Assembly (NCBI GenBank): GCA_963674945.2
Contig: CAXXWQ010000003.1
Span: 544,001-608,000, forward strand
Source of the DNA: an uncultured Desulfosarcina sp.
Lineage (GTDB): Bacteria; Desulfobacterota; Desulfobacteria; Desulfobacterales; Desulfosarcinaceae
Reading direction: 5' to 3'
Length of the DNA stretch: 64,000 bases
This document shows, piece after piece, positions 48,111 to 57,663 of this stretch; within the stretch, counting starts at the first letter, position 1; each line of letters opens with the position of its first letter. The translations under genes were made by a program, and so were the position numbers. Under the pieces are notes generated by a model. That model had not been told where the DNA came from. It made no database searches and saw only the letters and a list, made by a program, of their open reading frames with translations.

Positions 48111-51100
48111 ATGATTTCCATCTTCGTGGCAGGCTGCTTTTTCCTCTCCGGCGCCGCCGGCCTGGTCTATCAAGTCATCTGGGTGCGGCTGATCGACAAA
48201 ATCATCGGCAGTGCGCCGTTTGCCGTGGCCACGGTGCTTTCCGTCTTCATGGGAGGATTGGCCGTGGGCAGCTATCTGTCCGGCCGGATCGCCGACCGGT
48301 TTACTCGGCGCCGCACACTTCTGGCCATGTATGGGATCTTGGAAATCGGTATCGGTATTTGCGCCTTGCTCGTACCCTTGATGATTCATGCGATCCAGCC
48401 GACCTACCAGGCCATTTACGACCGGCTCCTGAACGACTTTTGGTGTTATCAGATGGCTGCATTTGCCGGCTGCGTTCTCATCCTGGTGGTGCCTACCGCC
48501 CTGATGGGAGCGACGCTTCCGGTGCTGTGCCGGTTCTATGTTTTGCGCCTTGAGCATATCGGCGCCCGTACCGGATGGCTTTATGGCCTAAACACGGTGG
48601 GAGCCTCGATGGGTGTGTTGTTGTGCGGATTTGTGCTGATAAAAAGCCTTGGTGTTTCCATGAGTCTGGCGCTTTTTGCCGGCATCAATGGATTGATCAG
48701 CTTGTCCTGCATCCTGATCTCGCGATTTCTGCCGGTCGATGACGGGCCATCGGTTTCTTTACGCCAAAAAGAACCGGTAAAAACCGTAACACAGGTATCC
48801 GACAATCCCAATGCCGGCCCCATCTGCTGGGGCGTGCTGATCTTTACCGTCTCCGGGTTCTGTTCCATGGCCTATGAGGTTCTGTGGACGCGGTTGCTGG
48901 GGCTCATCGCCGGTCCGACGACTTATTGTTTTACTCTCGTGGTGGCCACCTTTATCATCGGATTGGCCCTGGGCAGCATTATATTCGGATGTTTGGCCGA
49001 CAAAACCCGCAACGCATTGGGCTGGCTGACCGGTACACAGATGGCAGCCGCCATGATGGCACTCGGCATCAGCCAGCTTTTAGGCAACGGGCAGTTCTTC
49101 TTCGCAAAGTTGATTCATACCTTTCAAGGAGAGTTTTCTCACCTTATCCTCATGCAATCCGTAGTACTGTTTTGTGTACTGTTGACGCCAACCATTTTTC
49201 TGGGCGCAGCATTTCCGCTGGTCAATCGACTCTATGTGCAATCGGTCGGCGCCATGGGACGTCGTCTGGGAACAGCCTATGCCTTAAATACCGTTGGCGC
49301 CCTGGCAGGATCCTTTGTTGCAGGGTTTGTACTGGTCCCGTGGCTGGGCAAGATGAACGGACTGCGCCTGGTCATTTTACTGCAGTTTTTCCTGTCAGGA
49401 CTGTTGCTCTTATTCCCGACAGTAGTGAAACCAAGGAAGAGCCGATACCGATTGGCCATCGTCGGGCTGGTCGTTATCGGCTGTTTGTTAATCGGCCATT
49501 TCCCGAACTGGCGCAGCGACCTGCTATCACGGGGATGGTATCGTGACTTTGACGCACTTGCGTCGGATCTTGACCGCATCGGGTGGCTGGATGCGTTGAT
49601 GAAAGGAACCCAGCGAATCGCCAACCATCGCCAGGGGCTGGATGTCGTCTTCCAGGGTGAGGGCGCCGGCGGATTTACCACCGTCGAGAAGGAGACTACC
49701 AGTTTGGGGACAGTGGAGTTCGCCATGTTCAACAGCGGCAAAGCAGACGCCTCATCCCATGGGGATCGTTCCACCCAGACGCTTTCGGCCCACATTCCCA
49801 TGTTGTTTCATCCCCACGCGAAGAAGGTAATGATGCTTGGGCTGGCCAGTGGCATGACCGCTGGAGAGATACTGCTATATCCGGTCGATCAATTGGATGT
49901 GCTGGAGATCAATGAAGCGGTCACGCTGGCTTGCAGAAACTATTTTTCTCTCTGGAACAACGATTGTCTGGAAGATCCACGCACGCGTCTGATTGTCCAG
50001 GACGGTCGAAACCATCTGGCCCTGACCCGTCAGTTCTACGATGTCATCATCTCCGAACCCTCCAATCCATGGATGGCCGGTCTTGCCAATTTGTATTCCC
50101 TAGAATTCTTCCAATTGGCCAGACGGCGATTGACCGAACGCGGTCTCTTCGCCCAATGGATTCAGGCCTATGAGATGGATTGGGAGACATTTTGTCTCCT
50201 GGGAAGGACGTTTGCCACCGTTTTTCCCAACAGTGCCCTGCTCAAGGTGGGACCGGTGGACTATCTGATGCTGGGGTTCAACGGCGATGAGGGAGGCTTC
50301 GATTGGCAAACCGCCAAACGCAATGAAATCTACGCGAAGAGATCGAACCTGATCAAGTTCACGGGTATCGATTTTCTCGTTCACCTGATTGTAACCGAGG
50401 ATCTACCGAAGCTATTCGGCCCCGGTCCGCTCCATACGGACGATCGGCCCCATCTTGAATTCACTGCGCCCATGAAACTTTACAACGACCATGGGGACAT
50501 CCCGGGACATGTCGCCGACGGCCGGCGGATATCTCCAGAGATCAGGCATTTTTTCGACACGCACAACGATTTGAATACGTTGTTGGACTTGGTCGAATTT
50601 GCCGCGTCGGCCAATGTGCCGATGTTCGGCATTCTGCCGTGGTCGCATCTTGATAGGGGGCAGCAGTCACGGTATCGAAGGGCCGTGGCCGATTACTGCG
50701 GCCGCGTAATGGTCCCCTCCTATGACATCTTCGATCATCCGGAGCTGAAATCCGAATGTGCCGAGATCCAGATCGATGCCATCCAAAAAAAGATCTCATC
50801 CGACGATGGGAATGTCATTGATCGCTACAATTTGGCATTGGCACAGATCGCCGCCGGCAGGAAAAGGGCGGCAAGGGAAAGTCTGCAGGCAGCCGTCGAA
50901 CGCGATCCGAACCATGAGCCCGCCATGACGGCATTGGGATTGTTGCTGGCCGAAAACGGTTTCCTGGACGAGGCGGCAAACGTGTTTCAAGACGCCGTCG
51001 CGCTGGCGCCGCGAAAAGCAGATCCACACAAGTACCTGGGAATGGTGGAGCTGCGGAGAAAAGCGCCGCAACGTGCTGTTATCAGTCTTTCCAAAGCGCT

Positions 51101-51275
51101 CTTTCTTGCGCCGGAAGACGATATCATCCTCAGTGAATTGGGCGCGGCCTATCTGATGCAGGGCGATCATGAAAACGCCGTGGTCTACTTGGAGAAGGCC
51201 CTTTCCAAAAATCCCCGGGACGAACAAAGTCATTACTACCTGGATTTGGCAAAGCAGCGATCCAAAGCAGATTAA
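48111..51275 (+). CDS. membrane-fused spermidine-synthase-like protein with C-terminal TPRs
   Basis: two TM repeats (SG..L.Y.V.W.R), LGLASGMT, EIN, DGRN, YDVIISEPSNPW, TPRs. Confidence 0.85.
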   Translation: MISIFVAGCFFLSGAAGLVYQVIWVRLIDKIIGSAPFAVATVLSVFMGGLAVGSYLSGRIADRFTRRRTLLAMYGILEIGIGICALLVPLMIHAIQPTYQAIYDRLLNDFWCYQMAAFAGCVLILVVPTALMGATLPVLCRFYVLRLEHIGARTGWLYGLNTVGASMGVLLCGFVLIKSLGVSMSLALFAGINGLISLSCILISRFLPVDDGPSVSLRQKEPVKTVTQVSDNPNAGPICWGVLIFTVSGFCSMAYEVLWTRLLGLIAGPTTYCFTLVVATFIIGLALGSIIFGCLADKTRNALGWLTGTQMAAAMMALGISQLLGNGQFFFAKLIHTFQGEFSHLILMQSVVLFCVLLTPTIFLGAAFPLVNRLYVQSVGAMGRRLGTAYALNTVGALAGSFVAGFVLVPWLGKMNGLRLVILLQFFLSGLLLLFPTVVKPRKSRYRLAIVGLVVIGCLLIGHFPNWRSDLLSRGWYRDFDALASDLDRIGWLDALMKGTQRIANHRQGLDVVFQGEGAGGFTTVEKETTSLGTVEFAMFNSGKADASSHGDRSTQTLSAHIPMLFHPHAKKVMMLGLASGMTAGEILLYPVDQLDVLEINEAVTLACRNYFSLWNNDCLEDPRTRLIVQDGRNHLALTRQFYDVIISEPSNPWMAGLANLYSLEFFQLARRRLTERGLFAQWIQAYEMDWETFCLLGRTFATVFPNSALLKVGPVDYLMLGFNGDEGGFDWQTAKRNEIYAKRSNLIKFTGIDFLVHLIVTEDLPKLFGPGPLHTDDRPHLEFTAPMKLYNDHGDIPGHVADGRRISPEIRHFFDTHNDLNTLLDLVEFAASANVPMFGILPWSHLDRGQQSRYRRAVADYCGRVMVPSYDIFDHPELKSECAEIQIDAIQKKISSDDGNVIDRYNLALAQIAAGRKRAARESLQAAVERDPNHEPAMTALGLLLAENGFLDEAANVFQDAVALAPRKADPHKYLGMVELRRKAPQRAVISLSKALFLAPEDDIILSELGAAYLMQGDHENAVVYLEKALSKNPRDEQSHYYLDLAKQRSKAD

Positions 51276-51480
51276 CCGGCAGTTATAAATCAGTAGATTG
51301 AGCAAAAACCGGACGATTCTGCCCCCATCCATTCTCTGCCGGCAATAACAGGCGAAAAGGTGGAAAAGACCTTCATGCAATTCCCATCATCTCAGTTTGC
51401 CGAAAAAACAAGGTTTTGCTATAGTCTTACTTCCAATCTCACATCGCACCACGACAATATAACAGAAAAAGGAGTGTTGA

Positions 51481-52431
51481 ATGAAAACCTTCACTCGTCG
51501 TCATTTCATGTGGATGCTGGCTGCAGCGCCAATCATTACGGCAATTTTTCCCAAAACGACAACAGCCGAAGATTGCAATGTTCAACATCCGTTCATGCCG
51601 CCCGTAAACACATATCAGGGACAATGCCCTGTTTGTGGAATGGTCAGAAGCATGTGGGCGCGCACATGGATCACCTTTGACGAAGGCAAGGATGTATCAC
51701 AGGTCTGCTCCTTTCATTGCCTGGCGGACTGGATCGGCAAATCCGGGCACCCCCCCACCAATGTCATGCTCACTGTTTATCATCAACCCGACACCGCTGT
51801 TTCGGCCGGTGATGCGATTATCGTGATGGGATCGACCGCTGCCGGAACCATGAGCCCGGTTTCGAAGATCGTTTTTGCCGACAGATCCGAGGCCGAACGC
51901 TTCGCGCAGAACTGCGGCGGCGAGATCGTCAATTTTGCCGAAGCACTTCAGACGGCGAGATCCAACGTGGGAAAGGAAAACAGGATGATCAATGCACGCA
52001 GGCTGAAAAAAGGCAGGATCGTCGAACCGAAAGATAGCGACAATTGCCCGGTATGCGGCATGTTCCCGAAACGGTACCCCTATGGAAAATGCCAGATCAG
52101 AGCAAAGGACGGCCGCACCATCCATTTTTGCTCGACGCAGTGCTTGTTCGCCTTTTTGGGAAAACAGGGTCTGTATGTGGACACACCCGTCGATCCGCTG
52201 CTGATTTGGGTGGTCGATCGTGGTACCGGCATGTGGATCAGTGGTCGTACCGCCTTTTATGTGATCGGTTCGAAAAAGGTATTCGGACCCATGGGATATG
52301 AGGCCCTGCCCTTTTCTTCGCTGAAAGAAGCAGATGGATTTGCATCCGACAACGGAGGAAAAACCGCCATCTTTGCCGATGTGACCATTGAAAAAATCGT
52401 TCCCAACTGGAAATATGCAAGCAAGCGTTAA
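51481..52431 (+). CDS. Tat-exported protein with two NosL-like domains
   Basis: TRRHF twin-arginine; two CPVCGM motifs; CSFHC, FCSTQC; GPMG. Confidence 0.8.
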   Translation: MKTFTRRHFMWMLAAAPIITAIFPKTTTAEDCNVQHPFMPPVNTYQGQCPVCGMVRSMWARTWITFDEGKDVSQVCSFHCLADWIGKSGHPPTNVMLTVYHQPDTAVSAGDAIIVMGSTAAGTMSPVSKIVFADRSEAERFAQNCGGEIVNFAEALQTARSNVGKENRMINARRLKKGRIVEPKDSDNCPVCGMFPKRYPYGKCQIRAKDGRTIHFCSTQCLFAFLGKQGLYVDTPVDPLLIWVVDRGTGMWISGRTAFYVIGSKKVFGPMGYEALPFSSLKEADGFASDNGGKTAIFADVTIEKIVPNWKYASKR

Positions 52432-52446
52432 TGAGAGGAGAGCTTT

Positions 52447-53010
52447 ATGAAAAAATCACTGGGAGCAAACACATTTCTTACCACCACACCGGTTCTGCTT
52501 GTCGGAACCTACGATCAGGAGGGGAAAGCCAACCTCATGACTGCGGCCTGGGGAGGCATCTGCTGTTCCAAGCCACCTTGCATTGCCGTCTCCTTGCGCG
52601 AGGCAACCTACTCGTACGCTGCCATCGTCGAACGCAAAGCCTTCACCATCGGCGTTCCCACGGCGTCACAAGTTCAAGCGGCCGATTACTGCGGTATCGT
52701 CAGCGGCCGCAGGACCGACAAGTTTTCGAAAGCAGGTCTGACCGTCGTGAACAGCGACCTGGTCGATGCGCCATACGCCGATGAAGTTCCGCTCGTTCTC
52801 GAGTGCAAACTCGTTAATCGACTGGAACTCGGCCTGCACACACTTTTCGTGGGTGAAATTATCGATGTGAAGGCGGATGAGACGGTCCTGGCAAAAGACG
52901 GCCTTCCGGATATCGCCAAGATCGAGCCGATCGTCTACGACCCGGTGCACAAAAGCTATAACGGTGTCGGATCATTTCTGGGAAAGGCCTTTTCCGTGGG
53001 CAAAAAATGA
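52447..53010 (+). CDS. flavin reductase family (flavoredoxin-like)
   Basis: NLMTAAWGG, ADYCGIVSGR..DKF, LECK, HTLFVGEI. Confidence 0.88.
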   Translation: MKKSLGANTFLTTTPVLLVGTYDQEGKANLMTAAWGGICCSKPPCIAVSLREATYSYAAIVERKAFTIGVPTASQVQAADYCGIVSGRRTDKFSKAGLTVVNSDLVDAPYADEVPLVLECKLVNRLELGLHTLFVGEIIDVKADETVLAKDGLPDIAKIEPIVYDPVHKSYNGVGSFLGKAFSVGKK

Positions 53011-53215
53011 AGGGATGTAAGGAGCAGCCTACGGACACCTTAATGTCACGATTTTCACTTTGCTCCATATGCTTCATCATGAGATCCAAGTATTAAAAAT
53101 TTCAATGTCTCATTTTCATTATCCATAGCTGTGCCAATCGGCGGAACCATCTTTTATTCGATTCCGAACGTCTAAAACAGCTTTGTAAAAATCTGGATTG
53201 GAATAAATAAGATCC

Positions 53216-53571
53216 ATGCTTTCCACGCAGGCCGTGGCACTTTCTTTGGAACATAATATCGACATTGTCTTTTTGGCTGGTTACGGCGATCCGGTAGGCC
53301 GGGTATGGTTTGCCAGAACCGGCAGCACGGTGTTGATGAGGATTTCCGGCGCGTCAATGTGCTGGGCCAGGGGTTTGGCCGGAAATTGGTCAACGATGAA
53401 ATTTTGGCGAAGTTTTTCTGAACAGACCCTTTTAAATACAAAGAAACCAAAATCGACCTGGCCGATTGTCTGTTGGCCGCTTATTCATCACCCGACACAC
53501 CGGTGGTTTCTTTCGACACGGATCTTCGAAAACTTGGTGCACACTTGGGATTGATTCAGAGCACGCCTTGA
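53216..53571 (+). pseudogene. fused relic: cas1 5' fragment, cas2 3' fragment, PIN-domain 3' fragment
   Basis: LSTQAVALSLEHNIDIVFL..YGDPVGRVW (Cas1-like); DFRRVNVLGQGFGRKLVNDEILAKFF* (Cas2-like); IDLADCLLAA..VVSFDTDLRKL (PIN-like). Confidence 0.7.
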
Positions 53572-53611
53572 AAAACGAAAAAAATAAACTTATCGCCCTC
53601 ATGGATATCAG

Positions 53612-54385
53612 ATGTGCCTCATCGCCTTCGCATGGAAGACAGGGCCGGGAAAATTGATCCTGGCGGCAAATCGGGATGAATTTTTTCATCGACCGGCCAG
53701 GAAAGCCTCGTTTTGGAATGACGGACACACGCTGGGCGGCATCGATTTGAAACATGGTGGGACATGGCTGGCAATCAACCGCTCCGGACGATTCGCAGCC
53801 CTCACCAACTACCGCGACCCGGCCGGCAGTAACGGTGATGCGCCCAGCAGGGGCAGCATCGTAGCGGATTTCGTCAAAGGCTCGGTCTCCCCCCGGCGTT
53901 ATACGGAACAAATCCGATCCCGATGGCCTCGATTCAATGGGTTCAACCTGCTGATGATGGAACAAGACCGGCTGTTTTACTTTTGCAATGTAAACAAAAA
54001 GTGCAAGATGCTCGACCCGGGCGTATATGGACTGAGCAACCATCTGCTCGATACCCCGTGGCCCAAAACCCTTCGCGTGAAAAAAGGATTACAGGCGTTG
54101 TTGGATAAAAATGCAGTGGATCACGACGCACTCTTGCAATTGCTCGGCGACAGAGAAAGGGCGCCCGATGAAAGACTTCCGGATACCGGCATTCCCAAAG
54201 ATCTCGAAAAGGCTCTCTCCTCGGTGTTCATATCCACGGATGGGTATGGGACCCGGTGTTCCACAATGGTTACCATCGCGCATGACGGGAAGGTCGATTT
54301 CACCGAAGTTTCCTACGATTCGCAAGGTGCCGTGACAGGGCGGGTGAGATTCAGGTTTTCGATCCAGCGTCCCGGAAATCGGTAG
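53612..54385 (+). CDS. NRDE/TANGO2-family protein
   Basis: MCLI, AANRDEF, GGTWL, LTNYR, LSNHLLDTPW, YGTRCST. Confidence 0.92.
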   Translation: MCLIAFAWKTGPGKLILAANRDEFFHRPARKASFWNDGHTLGGIDLKHGGTWLAINRSGRFAALTNYRDPAGSNGDAPSRGSIVADFVKGSVSPRRYTEQIRSRWPRFNGFNLLMMEQDRLFYFCNVNKKCKMLDPGVYGLSNHLLDTPWPKTLRVKKGLQALLDKNAVDHDALLQLLGDRERAPDERLPDTGIPKDLEKALSSVFISTDGYGTRCSTMVTIAHDGKVDFTEVSYDSQGAVTGRVRFRFSIQRPGNR

Positions 54386-54411
54386 GCCGATCAATATCCC
54401 ATGTACGAACG

Positions 54412-55206
54412 CTATTCAAGTTGCCCGGCCCGAAACGCCTTCAGGTAGCTCATGCAATAACGATCCCGGCCGGCCAGGGTTTCGGCGGCGATGATGTTGG
54501 CCATCATTTTCCTGTCCAGCGGGTTGACGATTGCTCCGCCCAACCCCTTGGCGATGGCCATGGTCATGAAGGTCTGGTTCATGAACTTGCGCGCCGGCAA
54601 ACCATAGCTGATGTTGCTAAGACCGCAGGCGGTATGAATCCCCGGATATGTGGCAACGATCTTCTCGATGGTGTCGATGAACGCCACGCCGAAGGTATTG
54701 TCCACCGAGATCGGCTGCACCAACGGGTCCACGAAGATGTTCTCTATCTTGACATTGTTCTCGAGAAGTCCGCTTACCAGATCATCGGCGATCTTCATGC
54801 GGTCGTCCACCGTCTTCGGCATGCCCGCATCGCTCATGCAAAGGGCGATCACCTTCAAATCCGTACCGGCGATGATCGGCATCAGCTTCTCGTAGCGTTC
54901 TTTTTCCAGGGATATGGAGTTGATCATGGGGATTCCCCGGTGAATGGCAAGGGCTGCCTCCACGGCCATCGGATCGGGACTGTCGATGGCGCAGGGCTTA
55001 TCCGTCACCTCCTGCACGATCTCGACCAGCCATTTGAGGTATTCGGGCTCCTTGCCCACGAAGACGCCGGCATTGACATCGATGTAGTCGGCACCGGCCT
55101 CGTCCTGATCCCTGGCCACCTTCTGGATGGTTGCGGCGTCCTGCGCCTCGATGGCCGCCTTGATTGCCTTGCGGCTGGCGTTGATGAGTTCGCCGATGAT
55201 TATCAT
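54412..55206 (-). CDS. methyltetrahydrofolate:corrinoid methyltransferase (AcsE/MeTr-like)
   Basis: IIGELIN, IDVNAG, AIDS, INS, VDPLV, GLSNISYGLP. Confidence 0.92.
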   Translation of the reverse strand: MIIIGELINASRKAIKAAIEAQDAATIQKVARDQDEAGADYIDVNAGVFVGKEPEYLKWLVEIVQEVTDKPCAIDSPDPMAVEAALAIHRGIPMINSISLEKERYEKLMPIIAGTDLKVIALCMSDAGMPKTVDDRMKIADDLVSGLLENNVKIENIFVDPLVQPISVDNTFGVAFIDTIEKIVATYPGIHTACGLSNISYGLPARKFMNQTFMTMAIAKGLGGAIVNPLDRKMMANIIAAETLAGRDRYCMSYLKAFRAGQLE

Positions 55207-55226
55207 TCTTTTTCTCCCTTATCGGG

Positions 55227-55847
55227 TTAGGCCACCAGTTGCTTGACCAGCTTCACTGCACCCGGCGCATCTGCGCTGAAACCGTCGGCGCCGATCTGAT
55301 CCGCGAAGGCCTGGGTCACCGGGGCACCGCCGATGATCGTCTTTGCCGAGATGCCCGCCTCCTTGATCGCCTTGACCGTGGTCTCCATGGCCGGCATGGT
55401 CGTGGTCAACAGCGAAGACATGGCGATCATTTGCGCCTTCTTCTCCACTGCTGCCCGGACGAATTTCTCGCTGTCCACATCAACCCCCAGGTCCACGACG
55501 TCGAACCCGGCGCCTTCGATCATCATCGCCACCAGGTTCTTGCCGATATCGTGCTGGTCGCCCTTGACCGTGCCGATCACCACGACGCCCCTGCTGTTGC
55601 TCTGGTCCGTGGCCAAAAGCGGCTTTATCATCTCCAGTCCCGCCTTCATGGTGTGGGCTGCCATGAGCATCTCGGGCACGAACATATCACCTGAGCTGTA
55701 CCGCTCGCCGACCTCGTCCATGGCGCTGATCAACCCCTCGCTGAGAATCCTCTGGGTGTCCGTGCCGGCATTCAGCGCCTCCTGTACCTTGGTCTTAACC
55801 TTAACCTCGTCGAGGTCCAATACCGCCTTAAAAATATCGTTTGTCAT
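55227..55847 (-). CDS. corrinoid (B12-binding) protein
   Basis: GTVKGDQHDIGKNLV, DLGVDV, SSLLTTTM, GGAP. Confidence 0.93.
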   Translation of the reverse strand: MTNDIFKAVLDLDEVKVKTKVQEALNAGTDTQRILSEGLISAMDEVGERYSSGDMFVPEMLMAAHTMKAGLEMIKPLLATDQSNSRGVVVIGTVKGDQHDIGKNLVAMMIEGAGFDVVDLGVDVDSEKFVRAAVEKKAQMIAMSSLLTTTMPAMETTVKAIKEAGISAKTIIGGAPVTQAFADQIGADGFSADAPGAVKLVKQLVA

Positions 55848-55963
55848 GTGATTTTCCTTTTTCCCTTATTTTGAGCGATAAGCCGTTCGCTGTCAGCAAT
55901 ACAATTTTCAAGAATTGCCCATTGATGCGCAATAGACAAGAGCTAACAGCTGATTGCCAAAAG

Positions 55964-57412
55964 CTATCCGACGAGGATGGCCTCGATGCCCTTTTTCACG
56001 GCATCGGATTTGGGAACCACCCGGTGCTCGGCCAGGATCTTCTTGGCCTTTTCATTGCAGCGAAGGCGCATCTTTTTGGCCCCGCCGGCCTCCCAATGCT
56101 CAAACCGGCTGCGGTCGCACAACTCGGGATTGAACAGCGCCGTCTTGAAATTCGTGAAGGTGTGCTTGTCGCTGAGAAAAATGGCCCCGCTGCTGCCGTT
56201 GCGGGCCACGCGGTCGATCACATCCAGGGCCAGTGTGTCGTCATCGATGCGCAATCCGTCCACGAAATAGCGACTCATGGCCACCAGTTCATCGGCCAGG
56301 GTCACCATTTCCAACGAGGAGGTATGCCCGGACTCGATGTAGCCCACGTCGTGAATGAAGTTGCAGCGGGACAGCATGGCCGTGATGATGGAGAGCATGC
56401 CCTCGGCGCCGGCCTGGGCATCCACCGACTTGGAATCCGTGGCCCCGGCGAAGGCCCAGATGGGCAGGTGGTAGATCATATCGCGCATATCGGCAAGGGC
56501 CGCCTGGGTGAGGCTCCACTCGGTGCACCCATAGGAAATGACCGAATGACGCATGTCCAGCACGCTCACATTGGGGGCGAAGAGAAAGGGAGCGCCCTTG
56601 TTGGTCAACTGATGGATGGTCAGCCCCACCAGATTTTCGGCAATGCCCAGGGCCATGGCCCCGGCCAGTGTCACCGGACCGCCGCCGCCGGCATTGCATC
56701 CCGACGGCAGGCAGATGGGAATCTGCTTTTTGGCGCAGAAGACCAGCTTCTCCATGACATTGGTGGGATAGCGCAACGGGCTGATGGCCTCCGAGTAGTT
56801 GAGGAGAAACGGCCGCCGGGCCAGGGCCTCCTCACCGCCGGCCACCAGGCAGGCGATGTCGTGAATTTTGGAGATGTCCCGTCCGCTGTCGGCGATGAAA
56901 CAGATCGGTTTGTTGCTCTTGCGCACCATCTCGGCAAACACATGCACGTAGATATCCTCGATGGGCACATCCGTGGGGTTTCCCATGGACATGGAAAAAT
57001 CCATGTTCGGCAGCCCGTCCACCAGGTGGGCGAAGTTTCCCGTGTCCCGGAGCACGGTGCGCCGTCGCTCTCCGGTTTCCAGATCGATGGTGAAAATCGT
57101 GTCCGAACCGGTGCCGTAATAAAAATTGCCGTCGACCAATGGCATGCACCGTCGGCCCTGCTGATCGTACAAGGTAATCTGCCGGGGCGCGGACTGCAGG
57201 GCATCCTCGACCAGACGCGCCGGCATGAGAACCCGGTCCTCACCGTCAGTGCGACAACCGGCCGATAGCAGCATCTGGCGCACCTGTGGATGCTCCATAA
57301 CAAAACCGGTGTTTTCTAAGATCTCCAGGGCGGCATGATGAATGGCCCGGGCCTGCTGTTCGTTGATCACCCGCATTCGCGGGCGCAGCGTGCTAATCTG
57401 GGGTTGTTGCAT
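55964..57412 (-). CDS. MttB-superfamily methyltransferase, non-pyrrolysine
   Basis: ISPL, GPVTLAG, AGATDSKSVDAQAG; no in-frame TAG; AGGAGAGG RBS (start could be up to 57448). Confidence 0.9.
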   Translation of the reverse strand: MQQPQISTLRPRMRVINEQQARAIHHAALEILENTGFVMEHPQVRQMLLSAGCRTDGEDRVLMPARLVEDALQSAPRQITLYDQQGRRCMPLVDGNFYYGTGSDTIFTIDLETGERRRTVLRDTGNFAHLVDGLPNMDFSMSMGNPTDVPIEDIYVHVFAEMVRKSNKPICFIADSGRDISKIHDIACLVAGGEEALARRPFLLNYSEAISPLRYPTNVMEKLVFCAKKQIPICLPSGCNAGGGGPVTLAGAMALGIAENLVGLTIHQLTNKGAPFLFAPNVSVLDMRHSVISYGCTEWSLTQAALADMRDMIYHLPIWAFAGATDSKSVDAQAGAEGMLSIITAMLSRCNFIHDVGYIESGHTSSLEMVTLADELVAMSRYFVDGLRIDDDTLALDVIDRVARNGSSGAIFLSDKHTFTNFKTALFNPELCDRSRFEHWEAGGAKKMRLRCNEKAKKILAEHRVVPKSDAVKKGIEAILVG

Positions 57413-57663
57413 GGTCAACCTCTCCTTTTCCTTCTTGGTTTGGCGCAACGGGGTTATTCATGTCCTCATACGGCCGGGCGCACATCGGCGCCCGGTTGGC
57501 GTTTCCATCCGTATGCCGGTTCATGATGGGGTATCGCCCACAAATCCGTGAGGCCGTAATGGTCCGACTACACCACCACCCCCATACGGGGGCGAAGCAG
57601 TGGGCGGCATGGTCACTTGGCAAGGGGCTTGATAATGACGGTCTGGTTCAGTCGGCAGGCATG

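Noticed and set aside
53011..53611. CRISPR array near the cas relic
   Set aside because: No regularly spaced direct repeats seen here or elsewhere in the window
55964..57448. Pyrrolysine-containing TMA methyltransferase
   Set aside because: Open frame without TAG; Ala at the approximate Pyl position; no pyl genes in the window
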